From the NCBI GenBank assembly GCA_964632315.1, contig CAZWEM010000028.1, forward strand, positions 1 to 55,503: 55,503 nt of DNA, in the 5' to 3' direction. Under the pieces are notes generated by a model. The model ran no database searches and had not been told where the DNA came from. It worked only from the letters and a program-made list of their open reading frames with translations. This DNA is from an uncultured archaeon (lineage in GTDB: Archaea > Asgardarchaeota > Lokiarchaeia > Sigyniarchaeales > SOKP01). Position numbers and translations under genes: made by a program. Shown one piece after another: positions 1-9,130 of the stretch; position 1 is the stretch's first letter; each line of letters starts with the position of its first letter.

Positions 1-1
1 A

Positions 2-928
2 GGAAAATTCATAATTACTAGATTATTGGGCAAATACATCCAAGCAATTGAATGTTCTGAATTTAAAACTGAATTAGAAAATGCATTACCAGATGAGTCC
101 GTGATTATTGCAATTTCTCAATCGGGGGAAACTGTTGATACAATTGAAGCTGTGAGATGGGCAAAGCAAAATTCAAGAAAAAAGGTTAAAATACTTTCAA
201 TAACGAATGTAGTAGGTTCTTCAATTACTAGATATTCTGATCACGTAATAGTAACCCAAGCAGGCCCTGAGATTGGAGTAGCTGCAACAAAAACTTATTG
301 TACACAAGTACTTACGCTTGCTTTAGTCGGTATTGAAATTGCTCGGTTAAGGAAAGCATTGACGGTACAAGAAATTAATAGATATGAGGAAGCTTTATAC
401 GCCACACCAGACATAGTTGAAAACTTTCTAAATAATAATACGATATTAATTAAATCAATTGTAGAAAGTTTAGAAAAGAGTCATAATTTTTTCTATTTAG
501 CTCGAGGGATATCCATAGCTACGGCTAAAGAAGGAGGTTTGAAGTTAAAGGAAGTGGCATGCCGATTCATCGAGGGATATTCTGCAGCCCACGCTAAACA
601 TGGTCCTATTTCATTAGTGAGAGAGGGATTTCCGATAATATTTATCGCTCCACCCGATGAAACTTACCAGAGATTGATTGGAAATGTAATGGAATTTAAA
701 GCTAGGGGTGGTAAAATTATATCTGTGGTAGTTGGAGAGGATAAGCAGATAACTGATTTAAGTGATATTACTATTCGCATACCCCAGCCTGCAAGTAAAT
801 ATTATAATCTCTTCAGTCCCATTACTTTTACGCCAGCACTGCAATTGCTGTCTTATTATGCGGCCTTATATCATGGTTTAGATCCTGACAAGCCACAAAA
901 TTTATCTAAAACGGTAACGGTACATTAA
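2..928 (+). CDS. glmS: Glutamine--fructose-6-phosphate aminotransferase, C-terminal SIS domains (5' end lies outside the window)
   Basis: ISQSGETVDT, AGPEIGVAATKTY, EGGLKLKE, KHGP and C-terminal DKPQNLSKTVTV; the frame is open to the window edge. Confidence 0.93.
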   Translation, partial: GKFIITRLLGKYIQAIECSEFKTELENALPDESVIIAISQSGETVDTIEAVRWAKQNSRKKVKILSITNVVGSSITRYSDHVIVTQAGPEIGVAATKTYCTQVLTLALVGIEIARLRKALTVQEINRYEEALYATPDIVENFLNNNTILIKSIVESLEKSHNFFYLARGISIATAKEGGLKLKEVACRFIEGYSAAHAKHGPISLVREGFPIIFIAPPDETYQRLIGNVMEFKARGGKIISVVVGEDKQITDLSDITIRIPQPASKYYNLFSPITFTPALQLLSYYAALYHGLDPDKPQNLSKTVTVH

Positions 929-931
929 ACT

Positions 932-2419
932 TCATTTTACTTCAATAATATCGAAAATGTGTGATTTCCAAGGATTCAATTCCACATAAAGACCGTTTAA
1001 AGAAAGATTTTTTCCAGAATATCTGTATTCCTTATCGTGCAAGAGATCTTTGAAAAGCCAATCAGATGTTTTATAATCGAAATTTGGAACTTTAACATGG
1101 GCTTTAACGTGTTTTAAACCATAATTAACCACAATTAGTTTTATTTGTTCGTGTAAAATCCAAACATAAGCAATCGCTTCATTATAAGAATTATCATCTA
1201 CGGGATCTAATCCGCACATCATCCATTTTGCTTTATTTAGATCTTTACCTGGGAAAATGTCTAATAATTTTCTATAAAATTGAAGAATTTCAGTATTCTC
1301 TTTTTCGATAGGTTTTCTCCCTAATTGGATTGGTAATTTTATTTCATTTCCTTCCATTTGACCCTCATGAATCAAACATGCACCTGGTAATGTAACTATG
1401 ATAACTGCTGCTGCTTTTGAAGGTTCTTCTCCTAGTATATTTACAACTCTATCTTCATCATGATTTTCAATGTATCTCAATAACTTACATTGAAAATTCC
1501 AATCCGCTTGAAGGTGTTCCTTAATTTTTTGCGCATCTTCATTTAATAACCGTTCATATAGTCTTTTATCATAAGTGTAATCAAAACCTTGTCGTTGTAA
1601 TTCCCATCCTAAATCCCAATAAACTTCTGCTACGAATTTGAACTCAGGAAATTGCTCCTTCACTTTAGGAATAATATATTCCCAATAGTCAACATCAGGA
1701 GGATCTCCTACTTTGAAACCCCAAGTTTTGCTGAATATTTTATTTAAAAGAAGCATTGCCATATCGCAACGAACGCCATCACACATATCAGCAATTGAGA
1801 GCAAAGTTTTAACTGCTTTTTGTCGAGCTTCTTGTGAGAAGGCATTGATCTGGACAGTATCGGTCCAAGGACTAAAATAAGGATCTTTTCCATGAGCATA
1901 TACCATTTTACCGATAGAAAAATATTCATATGGTTTTGTCATCAAATCGTCAATAGTGCCTTGTATAAACATATCTGATTTTTCTAAGATCCATAGATGA
2001 TCAACTGCAACATGGTTTGGAACAAAATCAAGGATTAATTTAATCCCCCGTTTAGACAAGTCTTCTCGAAATGAAGAAAGTCCTTCCTGGCCTCCTAAAT
2101 GAGAATCGACGTGATAATAATATACTGCATAAGGTGAACCTACGACATCATCCGTATTGAAATACCTTAAAGCTTTATGATATTCATTTTGTAAGTCTTG
2201 ATTTTGGATAGCATCTTCTCTTGCTTTAGGACTTCGCTCCCATACCCCCATAGTCCATATTACATCAAACTTTCTTAAGCGGTTATCAAGTAAATCCACA
2301 GGTATACTTCTTAAGGTAATTTTATGGCCGTATTTCTCTGATAATTCAAAAAGCCAGGGCCAGGTATTGATTTCATAAATTTTAGGATGTTTAGTCCATA
2401 TTGAATTATTTTTATTCAT
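932..2419 (-). CDS. GH13 alpha-amylase family glycoside hydrolase
   Basis: LDFVPNH, DGVRCDMA (nucleophile), FVAEVY (acid/base), YIENHDE. Confidence 0.9.
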   Translation of the reverse strand: MNKNNSIWTKHPKIYEINTWPWLFELSEKYGHKITLRSIPVDLLDNRLRKFDVIWTMGVWERSPKAREDAIQNQDLQNEYHKALRYFNTDDVVGSPYAVYYYHVDSHLGGQEGLSSFREDLSKRGIKLILDFVPNHVAVDHLWILEKSDMFIQGTIDDLMTKPYEYFSIGKMVYAHGKDPYFSPWTDTVQINAFSQEARQKAVKTLLSIADMCDGVRCDMAMLLLNKIFSKTWGFKVGDPPDVDYWEYIIPKVKEQFPEFKFVAEVYWDLGWELQRQGFDYTYDKRLYERLLNEDAQKIKEHLQADWNFQCKLLRYIENHDEDRVVNILGEEPSKAAAVIIVTLPGACLIHEGQMEGNEIKLPIQLGRKPIEKENTEILQFYRKLLDIFPGKDLNKAKWMMCGLDPVDDNSYNEAIAYVWILHEQIKLIVVNYGLKHVKAHVKVPNFDYKTSDWLFKDLLHDKEYRYSGKNLSLNGLYVELNPWKSHIFDIIEVK

Positions 2420-2607
2420 AGTTTTATATGAAGTTTCTTAATTATTATGATTTTTAAAACTCACTTTCCTATTTGAATTTATTCTACTTTAAACTTGTTA
2501 GTTATTTTTTATTAGCCTAGAATGAAATTCAATGCCTTAATAAACAAAAAGATATAAATTCCAAAATAATCATAAATATAGTAATAAAATTAACAAACTA
2601 TTCAAAA

Positions 2608-3177
2608 ATGAGTTCCGAAGAAGAAAAAGAAGCGTTTAGAAAATTAATAATGCTTATTTCAGATTTAAGAGCAAAGGATGAGGAAAGATATGAAGCACAT
2701 GTAAATTTTATGAACGAAACGATTAAAATGATAAGTGCTATCGAGTCTCAAATGAATAAGCACTGGTCCACGGTACTTGATTCACTCAAAGAATTAAATG
2801 AAAATATAAGCAATAATTTAGATTCACTTTTAACTGGAATTAACCCAAAAGGACTCCGTGAGACATCTAAATCCCTTCAAGAGATAATGGATACAATGAA
2901 TAAGAGCGTACAAACTCTAAATTTAGAAAAAGTATTATCTGAGTTAAAGGATTTAAAGGCAGGAAAGTATAATAGGGAAGAGGTAGCAGTTCCTCAAACC
3001 GTATCTGTTGGACAGCAAGCCGAAGAGATCAGTCCTGGAATCAATTTAAATCCTCCAACTTCTGATGTAAACACTACTCCACAGGAAAAGGATGTTTATG
3101 GATTTGTTCCAGGGAAGAAGAAAAAGGATGATGAAGATGAACCCCATTTAATGAAACCTTCAGATTTATTCAAATAA
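2608..3177 (+). CDS. Hypothetical protein (helical N-terminus, disordered C-terminus)
   Basis: 189-aa ORF with protein-like composition; no recognised motif. Confidence 0.7.
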   Translation: MSSEEEKEAFRKLIMLISDLRAKDEERYEAHVNFMNETIKMISAIESQMNKHWSTVLDSLKELNENISNNLDSLLTGINPKGLRETSKSLQEIMDTMNKSVQTLNLEKVLSELKDLKAGKYNREEVAVPQTVSVGQQAEEISPGINLNPPTSDVNTTPQEKDVYGFVPGKKKKDDEDEPHLMKPSDLFK

Positions 3178-3189
3178 AATTCTAATTGA

Positions 3190-4527
3190 TCAAAATTGTT
3201 TAATAAAATGGTCCAAACTATCTTTAACTTCTATTATGTTTTCACCAATTTTTTTAAATTTTATCACAGTCGCTGGTATTTCAATTTCTTCATTAATCGC
3301 TTCACGAATTGAGCTATAGAGATTTGAAATAGAAGAACATCCAAACACTTGATTAAAAATTATTCCATCGACTTTTAATTCTTTAGCTTTTTCAACATAT
3401 GATCGAGTTAGATTTTCTTTATCACACCCCAAACCTTTATTAGATGCATTTAATAAGAATTTAGCATAATTTTCAAGAGGATCTGATCTATTTGATACTG
3501 GTATTTCTTCTAAAAGTCCGAAAATATCCCAATCAGCATAAATTATGCGTCCATTTAATTCATAGATGATTTCATGGACTTTAGGATCCCATCCTGAAAA
3601 CATCGGGGTAAATAATAGTTTTGGCATTCCAGATACGTCCATTCCAACACCTTTTTTGACTCTTTGCCTTATTTCTTTTACTAATTGGCTGATATTTTCT
3701 AGATATCTTTGAGCATTTGAATTATAATCTTGGAAGGTAATCGTTAACAAAGCAAGTATTTCAGCAAAAGTAGCTGGATTACAAGGGAAAAAATCTGAAC
3801 TACTAAAATCGTGCAAGATTGTTTTGTAATAGCGCTTGATTTGATTTCCGATGCGGAATTGCTTTTTCAAACTTTCATCTGAAACTATATTTCCTGTTAA
3901 GTTTTCTAATCGATCAATAGCATTTTTTAAATTATTAACCATTATATCGACTGCTTGTTCTCTGTTCTCCAAATCTTTTGGAGGAATATCAACCCAAATT
4001 TGATCTTCTGTGTTTATAGATTCTGAAAAATAATTCCATTCCCCACAACGAAGAGCAAAGTTTAGATCAGCGTCAAGGTTTTTACCTTGAGTCGCATGCA
4101 TACCATATAATGCATTAATTCCAAAACACAGTTCTTTTAATCCTTCATTCTTTACTCCAATTTCATACATTTGGTTATATTTATCATTAATTGTATTGAT
4201 AACTTCGTCGAGTATCTTGTCCACTAATTTTAAAACATCAAATTGACGTGCTAAATCTAAGACTTTTGAGGTTAAATTCCAACCTAACACGCTTTTTGCT
4301 GAACCTAATGCCAATAGAGCCGGTAATTTAAATTTTTCTAATCTTATTGGGAAAACAGGGACGCCGCCTACGGCATATACTAAATCTGGAAACCCCAATG
4401 CTACTGATATTAATTTTTTTCGTTCTCTTGTTTTTTTTCTTTTTAGATAATCTCGTCCCATTAAAAAATTATATGACATTTTCAAAACAGAAGGAAAGCT
4501 AATGACGTCATCCGCATATATGCTCAT
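3190..4527 (-). CDS. 2-hydroxyacyl-CoA dehydratase subunit (HGD-D family), paralogue of 15437..16798
   Basis: Collinear with 15437..16798 (PCNPATFAEILALL, FQDYNSNA); C-terminal DGIIFNQVFGC; Fe-S Cys positions retained. Confidence 0.8.
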   Translation of the reverse strand: MSIYADDVISFPSVLKMSYNFLMGRDYLKRKKTRERKKLISVALGFPDLVYAVGGVPVFPIRLEKFKLPALLALGSAKSVLGWNLTSKVLDLARQFDVLKLVDKILDEVINTINDKYNQMYEIGVKNEGLKELCFGINALYGMHATQGKNLDADLNFALRCGEWNYFSESINTEDQIWVDIPPKDLENREQAVDIMVNNLKNAIDRLENLTGNIVSDESLKKQFRIGNQIKRYYKTILHDFSSSDFFPCNPATFAEILALLTITFQDYNSNAQRYLENISQLVKEIRQRVKKGVGMDVSGMPKLLFTPMFSGWDPKVHEIIYELNGRIIYADWDIFGLLEEIPVSNRSDPLENYAKFLLNASNKGLGCDKENLTRSYVEKAKELKVDGIIFNQVFGCSSISNLYSSIREAINEEIEIPATVIKFKKIGENIIEVKDSLDHFIKQF

Positions 4528-4861
4528 TTATCATAGGCTCCGAGATTATTTGAGTTATCGATTATCGATCTATAATTTTTTTAGGTAAAATTAAATATTA
4601 AAATTTGCTAAAAATAATATTAATTCGTTAAAAGATAAAATTAGTAAAATACATTGTAAATAAAATAAGAATTTGTTGAATAAGATACAACAAAAGGGTT
4701 AAATTAATAGGGTTCGGTAATTTGAAAGAAAATCTTAAATTTTATCTAATATTTAACTAAATGAAAAGTAATTTTAAATTCAATATTGAGTAATATTATT
4801 TTCATTAATTTATAGTAAATTAATGGAGTCAGTTTTAAAAATAAGTTTCAAATCTAATTAA

Positions 4862-5878
4862 GTGATCAATTTGAATGAAAAGATATATCGGATTGCATAT
4901 TTTTCAATTATAATCGTTTTAATTTTGTTTATGATATTTAATATCATATTTGATCTTTTTATACTTGATTTCTCTTTGCTGGTATTCTTCTGGGCTGTGA
5001 AATTTTTATCTGGATTTGGGATAATGTTTAGCATCGCAAATGGGTTTTTAATTATTTTAAAAAAGTTTGGAGATAAATTCGAAGAAAAGCACCTTAACAT
5101 CTTTAATATAGTGCAAATTATAACACCCTTGATTATCATTGGCTATGCGATATATCAGGTTATATCTAGCTATTTTGCAAAATCGATCTTTTCCCAAACA
5201 GGAGTTTGGCTACTTTTAGATCTATTGATATACTTCTATGGAATTATTTCTCTATTACTTAATCTATATGTATTACCAATTATTAGAGATCAAATTGAAG
5301 AGGCCGTAGAACTTGGTAAATTCAATTGGTGGAAAAAGGGAGCCAAAAAAGTAGCTAGGGGAATTAAGAAGAAATATTTTGAATTGAGAAAAGAGTATGC
5401 TAGTGCTCAAGTTCAAGACCAAATGACCACTAAAGAAATTTTAGACCTATGGAGAAAAAAATTTGCCCTCAACTTCTTATTGATAATTGGAATTGGTTCG
5501 ATCCTATTTACTCCAATAACTTTCATTTGTGTTGTTTTCTGGTTGAGAATTTTTATTTTCTTTAGAAATAAGATAAAAACCTATGAAAAGATATCATTAC
5601 TAGTAGCTTTGATATTTATTGGACTGATAAGTCTAATATTACCTTTTCTCAACTTGCCAATCTATGCAAGTATCGAGAGATTTTACTGGTCTGCACAAAT
5701 CTTTTACTTAATTGGAGTAGTCATTGCTGCAATAATATTCGTAAAGAAATTATTAGAATTACAAGGCATTACAATAAGTGGTCAGAAAATTAAAAGAAGA
5801 GAAAAACAAATCGAGACTCTACAGAAAGAAAAGCAAGAATTGGAGCAAAAACTTATGGAGAAAGAGGAATCAGAATGA
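4862..5878 (+). CDS. Multi-pass membrane protein with C-terminal coiled coil
   Basis: About 7 hydrophobic segments and a charged C-terminal tail. Confidence 0.75.
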   Translation: MINLNEKIYRIAYFSIIIVLILFMIFNIIFDLFILDFSLLVFFWAVKFLSGFGIMFSIANGFLIILKKFGDKFEEKHLNIFNIVQIITPLIIIGYAIYQVISSYFAKSIFSQTGVWLLLDLLIYFYGIISLLLNLYVLPIIRDQIEEAVELGKFNWWKKGAKKVARGIKKKYFELRKEYASAQVQDQMTTKEILDLWRKKFALNFLLIIGIGSILFTPITFICVVFWLRIFIFFRNKIKTYEKISLLVALIFIGLISLILPFLNLPIYASIERFYWSAQIFYLIGVVIAAIIFVKKLLELQGITISGQKIKRREKQIETLQKEKQELEQKLMEKEESE

Positions 5879-6101
5879 GATCATTAAAATTAAATAGTTT
5901 CTCCAATATTATTATAGAGAAGACTTGATTATAACTTGAAACCATTAAAAATTGCTATTTTATAATGGTCAAAAGAATTTATTAAAATACTAAGTAGTTC
6001 TTGCCAGATCTTTCAAAAGGTTTTGCATAAATTACGTTTCAAGTGAGATTGTCGCGTTTAATTAATTTATTATAAAAATAGAAAAAAAAAGAGGTGATTT
6101 G

Positions 6102-6368
6102 ATGACCGATAATCAAGATTTAATAGAAATAGCTAATAAGATCCTTACAGAGCAAAAAATCCCTTTAATTGATGGAAAGATATATGATAAGTTCAAAATT
6201 AAAAAGAATAACTCAGTATCATATATTGAGTTTGTTTATGAAAATGATGAGAGTATCATCCAAGGATTTCTTGGATTAGCCGATTTTTTTCACACAGTTG
6301 TCTTCAAGGAAAAGGATAAATTTTTCATTATAAATGGAAAACAAATTTATGTTTTAGAAAGTGCTTAA
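6102..6368 (+). CDS. Hypothetical protein
   Basis: GAGGTGA SD upstream; first of four overlapping ORFs. Confidence 0.7.
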   Translation: MTDNQDLIEIANKILTEQKIPLIDGKIYDKFKIKKNNSVSYIEFVYENDESIIQGFLGLADFFHTVVFKEKDKFFIINGKQIYVLESA

Positions 6369-6645
6369 AATGAAAAATATTAAACAAATAATTAAAAAGA
6401 TTAAAACCTCCTTAAAACTGAAGAGAACTAGTAAAAAGACAACAAATAGAAATATGAAAAAAGAATTAGGCGGGGAAACTTCTCTATCTTCAACCTTTTT
6501 AAATGAATATAATAGGAACATCTTAAAAAGATATAACCGACCTATCGCAAGAGAATTGCCAGAAAGAAAAAGAATTTTCACAGAAGTGAGAGACGTTTTA
6601 AATGATATTGAATCAAGATTAAGAAATGGTGAGATAGATGACTAG
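6361..6645 (+). CDS. Small basic hypothetical protein
   Basis: Overlaps both neighbours, as in an operon. Confidence 0.55.
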   Translation: MLKMKNIKQIIKKIKTSLKLKRTSKKTTNRNMKKELGGETSLSSTFLNEYNRNILKRYNRPIARELPERKRIFTEVRDVLNDIESRLRNGEIDD

Positions 6646-6904
6646 GTATTATTGCACTCAATGTCAAAGGTATCATTATCGGGGGAAGATCTATACAACA
6701 CATTTACAATATAAAAATGATGAACCAAAGAAAAAGAGCCACATTCCTACTAAAAAAATTATAGATTTTGACATAGAAGAATTAAGACCTATTGCTCAAC
6801 GCCAAGTTAAAACTTTATTAAAAAAAATGAGATTCACAAATAAACAGGACTTATACAAAAAGGAAATTAATAAGGTTATTATGTATGAAAATCAAAACAA
6901 TTGA
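6638..6904 (+). CDS. Small putative zinc-finger protein
   Basis: YYCTQCQRYH...TTH (CxxC/H/H); GGTGA SD upstream. Confidence 0.65.
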   Translation: MTRYYCTQCQRYHYRGKIYTTHLQYKNDEPKKKSHIPTKKIIDFDIEELRPIAQRQVKTLLKKMRFTNKQDLYKKEINKVIMYENQNN

Positions 6905-8105
6905 AAAAATTATCAATCTCAATGAGTTATTTGAGATTATAAAAGAAGTGATTCAACCAAAATTTAAGGTTGATGAGCGTAGCACTGTTGATGAAAATGG
7001 TTTAATATTAATTGCATCAGACAAAAATTCAAGAACGGTTCAGATATGTGCCTTTAAAGACTTAGAATTTAGTCGTACAATTATATCAATTTTGATATTA
7101 GAAGAGAACCAAAAGAATTCTAATTTCCAATTTAAACTCTATAATAAGCAGGATTTCTACAATATCATCACTTCTGAAAGTTCATTAGATTATTCGAAAA
7201 GGAAGAAGATTGAATACAGTGAACTTGAAGATAAACTATTAAAAAAATTGCTTAAAAAAGTTAAAACTAGATTTGGATATAAAGATAGGCTTTTGAATTA
7301 TCATTTTTCTTTAACCCCTGATTTTGATTTTAATGGGGAGTATTTTGCAATATATAGCAAATATCTTGATATAATTGAAAGAAACCTTGTTAAATATGGA
7401 GTACATCATTCTCATATTTTTCGGTACTATGATTTTGCCAAAAATTCTGAGATTTATCAAAGATTAATTGATATGATTGTTATCTCAGATAAAATCGTGA
7501 AGGAGAGAGAAAATAATACACATTGGATGTTATTCATTTTTTCAAATAAAAGTCAAGATAAATTAAAGTTACTAGAACTAGTAAAATTATTTGGAGAAAT
7601 TAAAAATTATTCGAAAGTGATACAAGACAAGCTATCTAAGAAGAATCAATTAATAAGACCAGCGTTGGTAATCTTATCAACAAAAGGATTTGAAGAAACC
7701 TTACCTAATTACTTAAGAAATCATCTATACGGTGAGTTCGAACACATTATTCCAATTTTCCTCATACCACCATCTAATGACGATATTTGGCACAACTTAA
7801 ATAAAGATCGCTCTTTAACTGCTGATTTAAAACGTAAGCAAAAAGAAGTACAAATGAAAATTAAACGTCTTAGGATGATAACAAATCCTGCTCCTTACAG
7901 AAAAGATCAAATTGATTCAGAAACTAAAATTTTAACTGATATTAAAGATAAGATTCATACCATCGAAAAAAATTATAAGCTTATTGATGAATTTTCTGAA
8001 ATCCTTTCTATTGAAAAATTCAAGCAAATATTCAATATAAAGGGAGAGAAATCGACTCTTAATCAGGAGAAATTAACAAAAAGTAACGAATTACTATTTA
8101 TTTGA
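6885..8105 (+). CDS. Hypothetical protein, possibly with a degenerate Mrr-like PD-(D/E)xK domain
   Basis: LIDMIV...LLELVKLFGEI...ALVILSTKGF resembles the Mrr catalytic-domain pattern. Confidence 0.55.
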   Translation: MKIKTIEKIINLNELFEIIKEVIQPKFKVDERSTVDENGLILIASDKNSRTVQICAFKDLEFSRTIISILILEENQKNSNFQFKLYNKQDFYNIITSESSLDYSKRKKIEYSELEDKLLKKLLKKVKTRFGYKDRLLNYHFSLTPDFDFNGEYFAIYSKYLDIIERNLVKYGVHHSHIFRYYDFAKNSEIYQRLIDMIVISDKIVKERENNTHWMLFIFSNKSQDKLKLLELVKLFGEIKNYSKVIQDKLSKKNQLIRPALVILSTKGFEETLPNYLRNHLYGEFEHIIPIFLIPPSNDDIWHNLNKDRSLTADLKRKQKEVQMKIKRLRMITNPAPYRKDQIDSETKILTDIKDKIHTIEKNYKLIDEFSEILSIEKFKQIFNIKGEKSTLNQEKLTKSNELLFI

Positions 8106-8182
8106 TTTCCCTAAATTAAGTTTTAAAACTTTTCTTTTCTTAACTTATTTTCCAAGAATTCAGATTTAAAATTCTTAATTTA

Positions 8183-8555
8183 CTAAATAAATAATTTTCT
8201 AATTTGAAAGAATATCAGATGTATTTGGTCAGGTAATGGGAATTTATATAAATTGAATCGCTTAAGTTTGCGAAAGTGACAAATATACTTCATAAGTTCT
8301 GCTCTCGAAACGTATTTAGCTATTTCACGGTTATTAGAGCCAGTTTGTTGAAGATTAGCTAATGGGGACAATTCTTACATTAGTATATCGCTCTTATAGG
8401 GATAGTCTATATAGAGTTCTTTCAAGTTTTTGAATCGATTAAGAAAGGACAGATCTGAGAATTGGCATTCATCAATCATAAATATTTCTATATTTTCGGG
8501 AATTTCAAGTTGTTCTAATAATAGACACACCTTACAAAAACCCACATTTAACTCT
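8183..8555 (-). pseudogene. Degenerate leucine-rich-repeat gene fragment
   Basis: The frame reads KELNVGFC...FSDLSFLNRFKNLKELYI...M*ELSPLANLQ, with an in-frame TAA at 8377-8375. Confidence 0.6.
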
Positions 8556-8780
8556 TTAGGTTTTTTTCACTAAGATGTGCTTGGATGCGTTAATGACCTC
8601 TAATTTTGGAAGCCCTTGTATCTTTTTAATTAAATTCACTTGATTCTTCACGGTAATCCAGTTGGAACTTGCCATGGCTGAAACTTCACTGATCGTATGA
8701 AATTTTCCATCTTCTAAAGCATTATATATACTCTCTATAATCTCCCAGGTTGTTTTTCTCGTGGATTGGGTTTCAGTGAT
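8556..8780 (-). CDS. Small winged-helix DNA-binding protein (74 aa, ATC start), absent from the ORF track
   Basis: (I)TETQSTRKTTWEIIESIYNALEDGKFHTISEVSAMASSNWITVKNQVNLIKKIQGLPKLEVINASKHILVKKT*; GGTGA SD 6 nt upstream; HTH-like TISEVS..SSNWITVK. Confidence 0.65.
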   Translation of the reverse strand: MTETQSTRKTTWEIIESIYNALEDGKFHTISEVSAMASSNWITVKNQVNLIKKIQGLPKLEVINASKHILVKKT

Positions 8781-8949
8781 CTCTCTTCACCATCAAATTT
8801 ATTTCAAAAAAATCAAAAATAACATCTACTATCTAAGTATTATATATAAACCTATATAAATAGTTACTTTTAGTCATAATTGTATAACAAACAGCATTTT
8901 TTTTATAACAATAGATGAGTTTTATAACTCAAAATTATATTTAAAGGAT

Positions 8950-9130
8950 CATTATATTTAAATAGGGATTTTTGCTATACTATAATAGTGTTTACCATGT
9001 TCTTAGGTATAAGTTTGTCAATAATGGCAAATACGCCTTATTTTAAAATAATTAGATCGACTTATTGCATTTCCCAAGTCGATCGTGTGAATAATTGAGA
9101 AATAAAAAACTCCCATAAGGAGGTAATTTC
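8950..9130 (+). promoter_or_regulatory. Promoter and structured 5' leader of the B12-mutase/opine dehydrogenase operon
   Basis: TATA-like element near 8952-8962; hairpins at 9014-9031 and 9055-9084; SD GGAGGT at 9119-9124. Confidence 0.45.

Noticed and set aside
8690-8712. Possible frameshift in the winged-helix ORF at the A/T run
   Set aside because: On recount it reads GAT GGA AAA TTT CAT, in frame.
8985-9130. Canonical cobalamin riboswitch
   Set aside because: No recognisable B12-box or GGGAA/GCCACTG elements; kept only as an unclassified structured leader.
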